A stretch of DNA of 64,000 nucleotides, taken from contig NC_091476.1 in the NCBI RefSeq assembly GCF_036971445.1, positions 42,904,001 to 42,968,000 on the forward strand, read 5' to 3'. Both the position numbers and the translations under genes were made by a program. A model generated the notes under the pieces. It saw only the letters and a program-made list of their open reading frames with translations. It made no database searches and was not told the origin of the DNA. This document shows, piece after piece, positions 24,631 to 34,269 of the stretch; position 1 is the first letter of the stretch, and the number at the start of each line of letters is the position of its first letter. This stretch comes from Narcine bancroftii (lineage: Eukaryota).

Positions 24631-26218
24631 TGTTACTAATACCTATAATATATATTTTTATTTATATCTTTGGCTCCCCTTAAGGGAGCTGGTTCATGGG
24701 GTGGGTGGGTGGGTGGGATGGGTTTTTTATGTTTCTATGGTCTTTTTTTATATTTTTTCACTTTTTTGTTTTCCTTTTTATTATATTTCTGTAAAATTAA
24801 TTTCTGATTGTCATTAGATTGTATGTTATGTTTTTTATTATCTTTTAAATAAAGTTTGAAAAAAAAAAGACTAATTCATTCATGTTATTTCCCATATAAC
24901 CCTCCATTTTGAGCCTTAGCAGCAAGTGTAAAGTCAGGTTATACCTGGAAGAGTGAGAAGGGTTCACTTTGCGAGAAGGTCAGCATGTCAGATCCAACAT
25001 GCCTACAGGAGTGTGCAGAACAGCTAGAGTATATTACAGTGTGAAGTGTTACAATGAAAAGATCAGATGGGGCATAGCAAGCACAGCATCAGATCACTAT
25101 TGTGAGGTTCTCTCAGGAGCCAGATGGTGGCAGGGAAGAAGCTACCTTTAAGGCTGTAGGTGCATAATTTTACACTCTTGAACCTTCCTCCAGGCAGTTT
25201 GGATGTAGTGGGTCCTTCAGTGTGCTCTGCCTTTCTGAGGCAGTGAGAGATGTAGCTGGAAGATTGCCAGACGTTCTGAGATGAGTTCATTACCTTTGGC
25301 AGCTCCTTCTGATCTACCACCCTCAGACCCCTCACCTCCCTCTCACACACTTTTGTCATTGTGGTTGCCCCAGACTCCTATCCCTTATGATTGACCCCTA
25401 AACACAAAAGTGGGAATTTAATCACCCCCATCACCGCAGTGGAGCCAAGCCTGCTCCATCGTCCCAAGACCAGTCATTATCAATCTTTATTTGATTATGG
25501 CCCCCAACAACTCTGCTCAAACGTTATGCCCCCCTTCCCTGTGAAGCAGTCAAGTTTAGTTGTTTTTTTTCTGTCTTCTCTCCTTCCAATCACATAAAAA
25601 ACATTCTATGATTTCAATCCATGCCTCTCCCCACCCCCTTAAATGTGCTGTAGTCCTAGGGGACATTGAGAATATCTGCCCTTTTCACTGATTTGACTCC
25701 ATCTTTTAACTCCAAACATTTCCCCTCTCTCATCCACACCCAATGTTTGCCTTGGGATGGATACAACAGCTCCCTTTAACCAATCCCTAGCATGGAAAGT
25801 GTGACACAATTTTGTGATGGTGGTGGACTTGAAGCCTTGCTGTGACCAACACCCAAACACACATTCACTGGTCCATCCAATGACCACCTTTAATAGCACA
25901 ATCTAGTTTATAAGCTAAAGAAACAGGTACAATTTTGACATTCAAAGGACATTTTGACAGCTATACATATGGGAATGGTTGATAAGAAATTGAGTCAAAT
26001 GCAGGCCAGTGGGACGAGCTCAGAATTCCAATTTGGTGGTCATGGATGAGTTGGGATGAAGGGCATGTTCTATGCAGTGTGGATCTTTGACTCTATAACT
26101 TGACCGTTGTATTACTGATCTTTCACGATGCCAGGAAGTGCCAACCAGCTTTGCAATTCATTGAGGGTGAGCTGAAAAATGCAAGGCATGGAGATGCAGG
26201 ACTCGCAGTCTTTTAGTC

Positions 26219-26453
26219 CAGCCATTCTCAACGGGAGCCCTACAGTCCCACCCAGGGACCACACCATATTAGTGTAAAAGCCTTGTTTCCTTTTCACCTC
26301 ACGAAACATGAATATTTTTCATGTTTTTTTGTGTGTAGTTGGAGGAGAAAAATACAGAAGAAACTTGACTGTACCACAGGGAAGGAAGCCCATAAACATT
26401 AAGCAGAGTCCTGGGTGGTGGGCATAGCTGAAATAAAAGGTTGAGAATGGCTG
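26219..26453. mobile_element. hAT (Charlie-like) MITE
   Basis: Perfect 14-bp TIR CAGCCATTCTCAAC / GTTGAGAATGGCTG; degenerate 8-bp TSD TTTTAGTC/GTTTAGAA. Confidence 0.8.
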
Positions 26454-27409
26454 GTTTAGAAGTTAAACCAAAGCCCTAGATTAATATACTATTAGGTGAA
26501 AAATCACTGAGAAATCTCCTTTCCATTATTTCTACATGTCTGTTTCAAACTGAAGAGCAAAGATTTAATGGAGATTTCATTATGCACTTGTTAAAACATT
26601 GAAATCTTTTGGTATTCCATTCACAGCAACATTACTAATGATAATCAGCAAGAATCTTGATGGGAATTTCTGTGTGCACAGTTATTGGTTATGAATTGAA
26701 AGAATGGAGGAAACAGATCAAATAGGATTTCTAAGGATTATAACTTTTATATGGATATTTGCATGTTTTGGGCAAAAAGCACAGATGTAGGGCTCATTGG
26801 GTTATCAAAGAGTGACCAACATCCAAATGGGCCAAATGCTTCATTCTTTCAGTCTTTATCTGTGCCCTAATTCCTATTTGTTTTACTAGTGCCCTTCCCA
26901 TCCCACTGTTACTGGAGGGTGAAGGTGTGAATCGGGACTAGTTTGAAGGGCCTACCTCTCAATTCAAGATTCCTATATGGTCTTGGAATAACAGACAATG
27001 TTTGTTAATGTTTGCCTGCTGCAAAGACCCACTAAAGGGCTCCACTAACCCGGCTACTCCACCAATGAGCAGAGGAGAAGTAAAAGAGAGTCCTTCCATG
27101 ATATTGCATGTCCGTGGATTCCTAGAGAGATACACCATGGAAATAGAGCCTTCATCTTACTTTGCTCTGCAACCATTTCCTCGAATCCTAAGCTACTCCC
27201 ATTTTATTTCCACACTTTCCCAGCATCTCCCCACAGATCCTCACCTACACACCAGGAGTAAGTCACAGCAGCCAATTAACCTGCTAACCCACATGTATCA
27301 GGATGCAGGAGGAATTGGAAGGCAATGGGCAGTCATTGTTTCACCGTGTCACTAGATTGTTCATTTTATCATCTATCCTGAAGCTACCCTTACAAGACTG
27401 TTATCAATG

Positions 27410-28140
27410 ATAAGACATAGGAACATAAATAGACTATTCAGCCCATCGAATCTACACCATAATTCAATCATGAGCTGATCCATTTTCCCACTTAATCCCA
27501 CAGCGTGGCTTTCTCCCCGTAATCTTAGATACCCTAATCATGAACCTATCAATCTCTGCCTTAAATGGCTTTCACAACCACCAGAGGCAACGAATTCCAC
27601 AGATATACAACCCTCCTCCGCCTGAAGAAATTCTTCCACATCTCTGTTTTAAATGTGCCCACTTCAATCCTGAAGTTGTGTCCTGGACTTTCCCACCATG
27701 GGAAAAACCTTTTTACATCTACTCTGTCATGCCTTTCAACATTCAAAATGGTTCAATGAGATCCCCCTCATTCTCCAACATTCCAATGAGTACAGGCAAA
27801 GAATCCTCAAACGCTCGGCATGTGATACTCCTTTCATTCCTGGAATCATCTTTGTGAATCTCCCCTGAACCCTCTCCAACATCAGCACATCTTTCCTTAA
27901 ACGAGCACCAAAATGTTCAAAATACTCCAAGTGAGGTCTCACCAGTGCCTTGAAAAGCCTCCACATCCTATCCCTACTTTTCTCTTGATTTGCCTTCTTC
28001 ACCACAGAGTTAATCTGCAGGTTAACCTTCAGACTATTCTGCACAAGGACTCCCGGGTCTCTTTGCATCTCCCCATTTAGAAAATACTCTGGCCCATTTA
28101 TTTTCTGTACCAATGTGAATGCCTTTACATTTTCCAACAT
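27410..28140 (-). mobile_element. CR1-clade LINE 3' fragment
   Basis: ORF 27736-28194(-) LFKALVRPHLEY...RKDVLMLERVQGRFTKMIPGMKG. Confidence 0.88.
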
Positions 28141-28142
28141 TT

Positions 28143-28480
28143 GGAGCAACACACAGCACTCAGCAAGGCAGGCAGCATCTGTGTGAGGCAACAATAAGAT
28201 GTTTCAGGTTAAAACCCTTCATCGGGACAGGTAATAAAGAGGGCAGAAGCATTAATGATCGTGTGGAGAGAGGGAGAGGACCACGAGCTGGCAGGTAATA
28301 GGTGAGTACAGATGGGAGGGGGAAGAATGGGGGTGGGAAAGGGGTGGATAGGGGAATAATGTAAGAAGGGGAAGGTGATAGGAGGAGGAGGCAGAGGGCT
28401 GAGGAGGATGCACTCTGATTGCAGATCATGATAGATCATGTAATGAAGGGAATGGGTGGGGAGATGGAGGAAAGAATGTG
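28143..28480 (-). mobile_element. Penelope-like terminal-repeat fragment with a degenerate hammerhead-like core
   Basis: Reverse complement GTCCCGATGAAGGGTTTTAACCTGAAACATC...GATGCTGCCTGCCTTGCTGAGT. Confidence 0.6.
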
Positions 28481-28494
28481 TGAGTGACAGGCAT

Positions 28495-28997
28495 ATATGC
28501 CAACATATGGCATTTCGGTGTGGTATGGGAATTGCCTTGCACAAGATCGCAAGGCACTCCAGAGGGTAGTGAAAACTGCCCAACAGATTATTGGCATCCC
28601 AGTGCCTACCTTTGAAAGTATCTATATAGAACGATGTCTGGGCAGGACGAGAAACATCATCAAAGATGCATCACATGCAAATCACAGACTATTTACTCTT
28701 CTCCCACTGAGCCGACACTACTAAAGCCTTCGCCCGCGCACCAATGGACTTAAGTAGAGGTTTTTTTACAAAGCTGTGACTATGTTGAACATTGAATCAC
28801 GGCGCTAAGCGGTTCTGCACTCACATTGTGAAATCAATACTTTTTAACAGTTTGTTGTAGAATAGTTTGTTATTGCTTTTAATTGCACATATTTTATTAT
28901 AATGCCATATAGCACTATTTTTTAACATTTGGTTAGACGCGGGTTGTATTTCATTGGCCTGGTTTACTGGTACAATGACAATAAAGTGAATCATCAT
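28495..28997 (+). mobile_element. Rex1/Babar-type LINE 3' fragment
   Basis: ORF 28497-28724 TYGISVWYGNCLAQDRKALQRVVKTAQ...HANHRLFTLLPLSRHY; GACAATAAA and (ATC)n tail. Confidence 0.88.
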
Positions 28998-29185
28998 CAT
29001 ATCAAAGGAAAGGAAAGGAGGAAAGCAGGATTGGAGAAAACAGGGGTGGGGGGTGTTGTGATTGAGGAAACAGGTTTGCTAGGTCTCAAAGGCAAGGACT
29101 TTGAACAGTTTTTATAGTGAAGGATTTTATTTACAGAAGGCAAGTGTAACATGCTAACATGGAAATGGAAACAGATGCAGTGTGT

Positions 29186-29316
29186 NNNNNNNNNNNNNNN
29201 NNNNNNNNNNNNNNNNNNNNNNNNNNNNNNNNNNNNNNNNNNNNNNNNNNNNNNNNNNNNNNNNNNNNNNNNNNNNNNNNNNNNNNNNNNNNNNNNNNNN
29301 NNNNNNNNNNNNNNNN
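29186..29316. other. Assembly gap (131 N)
   Basis: Run of N. Confidence 1.
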
Positions 29317-29881
29317 GCCGTGGGAAAAAGGTAGTGGCAGTGAACCAATGTGTACAGTTTATTAGCAATCATGGGGAAAAGTCAGTAAGCGATTAAACAC
29401 ATGCTGGCAACTAATAACGAACGTGGGAATAAACTGCATATACACACAAACAACCAAGGAACAGTCAATACGATGCCAACCATCCCTTGACTCTGTGGAG
29501 GCATGGGTCTATGCTATTTAGGAACAATAATCAATGCTCCCAACCTTTTTTTAGTGAACAGCTCACCAACAGTTTCTTCAACACTGTTGCACACTCCTCA
29601 GCCTGGAGTGAAGTAGGGTTGTCCCTCAAAAGAAGACAAAAGAGAGAGAACAGAGAGCATGTGGCACCTTTATAGTGCTGGAGGGTGCAGCCCAGGTCAT
29701 TAGCAGGATAAATGGCTAGGTGCCAAGAGGGTTAATCCAATTACAACATCCATTGATCCAAGGCTAAGTACAGGCAGGCTGGGGAGTCCATTCCAGGCAA
29801 TTTACATGGATCAATCAGCAAGGTGTGCACTAATTAGTGGGGCAGAACCAAACACTGATTGGCAGCTGTCCCTTTCCTATA
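29317..29881 (-). mobile_element. Putative LTR (about 565 bp) running into the gap
   Basis: Minus strand has CCAATC, then CTATAAAG, a pyrimidine tract and AATAAA, in LTR order; start TATAGG may be a decayed TG; 3' end and TSD are hidden by the gap. Confidence 0.4.
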
Positions 29882-30776
29882 TGGGGGGGTGGGCGGTGGA
29901 GGTTACTGGAAATTCGAGATCACCTAGTCTCCTCAAGGTGTATCCGCAAGATGTTGTTCTTCTAATTTGCATGTGGCTTCATCTTGGCAGTGGGCTAGGC
30001 CATGAACAGACACATCAGATGGCAAGGTTAACATAACATTCAGCACGACACTTTTACAGCGCTTTCCCCATGACATCATGGTTTTCCTCTGGGTGCTCCG
30101 GTTTCCTCCCACGTCCCAAAGACACACAGGGTTCGTGGAATAATTAGTCACATGGGTCTATTTGGGAGGTGTGGGCTTGTGGCCGGGAGGGCCCTGTATC
30201 CCCAGAACAAAACTGGAATTAAATTACAATGAAACAGGAGGATTCTGATTATCATTGAGAATGGACTGAAGATGCTCATTTTTCTCCAGAGAAGTTTTAT
30301 TGTGTCGCACAATAGAATTTGAAAGCTATTCTCGTTGCTCATGGGTTTGTGAAATTAGACTTTTACAATAGATTTTGATTTTCTGCAGGCAGAGAATTCA
30401 AAAACAGATTATTCCAGTTCAGTCAAGATGCTTTTCACTCCAAGAATTAATAAAAAAATGTTTGTAAAGGTTTGTCATGAAGATGGAAAGTTAATCAAAA
30501 AATCTGGAAAAAGTATCTCATGCAGTATACGAATCCATAGGAAGTAAAAAGCAGTGAATGTTTCAGGCTTGAGCCCTTTTTCACAACAGCTAAAAATCAG
30601 ACAGATGATTCAATAAAATGGTGGGGCTAAGCAGAGAGGAAGGAACGTAGACTAATAGTTAATGTCGATCATGGAGGCAAATGTAGAAAGGTTGCTTCCC
30701 ATGGTATGAGAGTCCAGATTTTGAGGGCACAAATTTAGGATTGAAGGAAGTCCACTTTGAACAGTAATATGGAGAA

Positions 30777-31022
30777 AGGGGGCAAGATTAGCACAGCGAT
30801 TAGTGCAATGCTGTTACAGTGCCAAAGACCCAGGTTCGAATCTGACACTGTCTTTAAGGAGTTTGTGTGTTCTGCTGTGTCTACGTGGGTTTCCTCTGGT
30901 GCTCCGGTTTCCTCCCACTCTCCAAAATGTACAGGGATTGTAGATTAATTGGGGTCTTTAGATGGAATGGACTCACGGGCAGGCAAGGCTTGTTAACATG
31001 CTGCTTGTCTAAATTTAAATGC
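30777..31022 (+). mobile_element. V-SINE (HE1-like)
   Basis: GGTTCGAATC B-box; GGAGTTTGTGTGTTCT...GTGCTCCGGTTTCCTCCCAC V-domain. Confidence 0.85.
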
Positions 31023-31147
31023 AAATTTATCTGGCCAGAAGTAGGTGAATTGGTGCAATTTGTTGTCACAGGTGGTTGAGGAGGCCAAGCCATTGGGTGT
31101 GTTATGACAGATATCGAAGATTAGCCACGGCATCAAAGATTATAGGG

Positions 31148-31345
31148 CACTGGTTCTCAACCTTTTTCCTTCCACTCACATCCCACTTTAAGTAATCCCT
31201 ATGCTATCGGTGCTCTGTGATTCGTAAGGGATTGCTTAAGGTGTGAATGGGAAAGGAAGGTTGACAATCACTGCTCTAGACACAATTGTTACTGAAATAT
31301 TTTGCTTGCGAAAAATTGTCATTGGCCCATTTCCTTTGGAGTCAT
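31148..31345 (+). mobile_element. Truncated copy of the composite hAT MITE (one palindromic unit plus part of the spacer)
   Basis: CACTGGTTCTCAACC...GGTTGACAATCACTG palindrome followed by the same spacer as at 61700-61770. Confidence 0.85.
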
Positions 31346-31852
31346 CATGCAGAGGAGACCACAATGGGAGCATCAGATGCAGTAAATCAATAACTGGAGA
31401 ATTAGACTGACCTTTGAGGAAAATAAAGGTTTTGACCAGGTGGAGGGACATTGTCATAAAATCACACATGGAAATACTTCCTAAATCAGTTTAAAGTTCA
31501 TTTTACTTTGGCTATTTTGTCAGCTCAATAGAACAAATGAGTCCCATAGTTTGTGTAAAACTCCCTTTTCTAGAAGAAAACATGATTGGAATTAATATCC
31601 CAAGGGGTGAATGTGCAGAAGATATTTTCTCCCATGAGAAAACCAATGATCAGAAGAGGCTGTAGAATAAACAAAAAAACAGCAGGTAATGGGTTGAGGG
31701 AAAGGAGTTGTCAACGTTTTGAGAATTTCCTTACTGCCTACTGACGTTGTTCAGTTCCCCAAGTTCCTCTAGCTTTTGTTGTAGTACCAAGGGTCAGTAT
31801 TTAAAAATGACTGTGGCATCCCTTAACTGAATCATGAGGCTTTTTAAAAAAA

Positions 31853-31994
31853 GTTTAGACATACAGCACGTTAACAGGCCATTCAGGCCCACAAATCTAT
31901 CCTGCCAAATTTGCATCCAATTAACCTACACCCCCAGTATATTTCAAATGGTGGGAGGAAACTGGAGCCCCAGGGAAACCCCACAGAGACACAG
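31853..31994 (-). mobile_element. V-SINE 3' half; the 5' half is at 41464-41540, split by the Gypsy insertion
   Basis: ...GGAAACCCCACAGAGACACAG joins GGAGAACATACAAACTC...GGGATTCGAACTCC across the TSD CACAG. Confidence 0.85.
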
Positions 31995-32184
31995 TGCAGT
32001 GAACTGGAATTCACTGTCTGTGTGTAGAATAAACGGCCAACCCCTCCTCTTGGCTCTGCCCCTTTCGGTGCCGATAAACCCTGTTTTCTGCTTACCTCAG
32101 ATTTACCTGAAGACCTCTGTTGTAAGCTAATAAAAGTGAGCTTGTGCTCTTCACAAGTCCCTGAGCACTATCGATCATGTTACA
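31995..32184 (+). repeat. 5' LTR (190 bp)
   Basis: TGCAGTGAACTGGAATTCACTG...TTACA; AATAAA at 32129. Confidence 0.92.
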
Positions 32185-32212
32185 ATTTTATTAGCTTACT
32201 TTTAAAGATGGG

Positions 32213-32820
32213 ATGGAAGCCCTATTGAAGCCCAAAAAGCTCCAGGTCGACCCCCTATCCCTGGAGGCCCGGAGGAATTTGTCTACTGGTTAGAGTACTT
32301 CCAGTCCAACATAGTAGCCACCCAAGAAGTCTTCCACTCAGAGATTGGCCCTCCTCTCTCGAATCAGCCCCAAAGGATATGCGGTCATCAGGGACGATGC
32401 AACATATGAGATGGCCATCTCATGAAGGCCCATTACATGAGGCCTCAGAATGACATGCTGGCGAGACACTGACTCTCACAACATCGGCAACTATGGATGA
32501 CTATGTCCTGGAACTATGGATGCTGACCAGCAGGTGCCACCACGAGGTGATCTCAGCTCAAGTCTGGGATACTCTCACAGCTGGATTGAGTTCGAGGTAC
32601 GTGAGGCAGCAAATATTGGAGTTGGACCTTGCCAGTATCTCGATCTAGTGAACTCCTTTGAACAGGCCCAACTAGGAGCGGACTGCTTCGCTAATGAAAG
32701 AGGAGCCTTCTTAGAAAGCCAGGCCTGCAGAGCACAGCTGCCCCAGGTACTGACTACTGTGGCCACAAGCGACCAGGAGTGCTACTTCTGCAGAAAGGCC
32801 AAGCATCCCCACGACATGCG
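32213..32820 (+). pseudogene. gag: Gypsy gag remnant
   Basis: MEALLKPKKLQVDP start; zinc-knuckle-like CYFCRKAKHP at the end; frameshifted. Confidence 0.7.
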
Positions 32821-34051
32821 GTCTCTCCACGCTGAACATCGAATCCCCCATCCTTGTTTCAGAACCGAACCCCTGACTGTAAGCCGATAGCCACAAAGAG
32901 CAGGTGATACAGTGCAGGGGAACAAGGATTTATTAGAGCTGAAACACAACCTCTGCTTAAGGAAAAATAATTGAACCCAGCTACAGCCCGTGCAGAGCCC
33001 AGGTGGTAGCTGTTAGGGGGGGAGAAAAGCCCAGCTAAACTATTAATCGCTTCATACTCCTGAACGCATAACCCTTCCCCCGAATCTCAGACATGGTGAA
33101 TAAAATTGCGCAGTACCAGGTCTATTCGACTATCGACCTGAAAGCCGCACATCACCAGTTACCAATCCATTCTGAGGACCGTCCCTACACTGCATTCGAG
33201 GGTGAGGGGCAGCTTTATGAGTTCCTGAGGGTCCCTTTCAGCATTACAAATGGGGTTTCAATCTTCCAGAGGCAGATGGGTGACATGGTAGACAAGTTCG
33301 GACTAAGGGCTACCTTCTTCTATCTCAACAACATCACCATTTGCGGGCATAACCTGGAGGACTACGACACCAATCTCCAGAAGTTCTCCACACAGCCAAA
33401 TCCCTCACATACAATGCCAGTCAGTGCATGTTCAGGGCCATATGCTTAAATATCCTGGGCTATGTGGTGGAGAATGGCGTAATGGTCCAGACCCGAAGCA
33501 TATGCATCCCCTCTTAGACCTCCCTAACTTGCGGACCATAAAGGTGCTAAGGAAGTGCCTGGGGTTCTTCTCATACTACGCCCAGTGGGTACCTCATTAC
33601 GCTGACATGGTCCGCCCCTTTTAAAATCCACCTCCTTCCCATTATCGGCTGAAGCCCAGGCAGCTTTTAACTACATCAGGAGCTACATCGTGAAAGCCAT
33701 GCAGTAGATGAAAATGCACCCTTCCAGGTGGGGAGCGATGCCTCCGACGTAGTACTGGCCATGACCTTTAACCAGGCGGACAGATTAGTAGCTTTTTGTT
33801 CCTGCACCCTGCAAGGCCATGAGCTCCGAAACCCATTCATGGAGAAGGAGGCTCAAGTCTTTGTGGAAGCAATCAGGCACTGGAGTCACTACCTGGCCAG
33901 TAGAAAATTCATTCTGTTCACTGATCAGCGATCTGTAGCAATCATGTTCAGTAATACGAACAGGGGAAAAATAAAGAATGACAAGATCACGAGGTGGAGG
34001 ATTGAACTCTCCACCTATAACTACGAGATCATGTGTAGGCCAGGTACACTC
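32821..34051 (+). pseudogene. pol: Gypsy pol RT plus RNase H remnant
   Basis: STIDLKAAHHQLPI..EDRPYTAF..LYEFLRVPF..TNG...FQR; YLNNITI (decayed YLDN); SDASD...EKEA...HWSHYL...FTDQRS. Confidence 0.92.
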
Positions 34052-34269
34052 TTTTTTTTATTTTTTTTTTATTTTTCACACTATGAACCATACTGACCAA
34101 AATACATACAGACATTTTTCTCTTGAATATATACAGTGTCATTTTCTCCCCCCCTCCCTTCCCTCCCTCCCTCACCACCCCCTTCCCATTTATTCAAAGT
34201 TCAATCTATATGATACATTAAACCCATTAAACAATGTCATAATTTAATAAAAATAAACAAGAAATTTGT

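Larger units (their letters stand above)
18948..24866 (+). mobile_element. Full-length, decayed L1-clade LINE (about 5.9 kb), subfamily 1
   Basis: 16-bp TSD AAGACTCATTCATTCA (18932-18947) / AAGACTAATTCATTCA (24867-24882); 5' GGGGCGTGGCAAGATGGC (YY1-like); AATAAA plus poly(A); ORF1 and ORF2 remnants. Confidence 0.95.
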
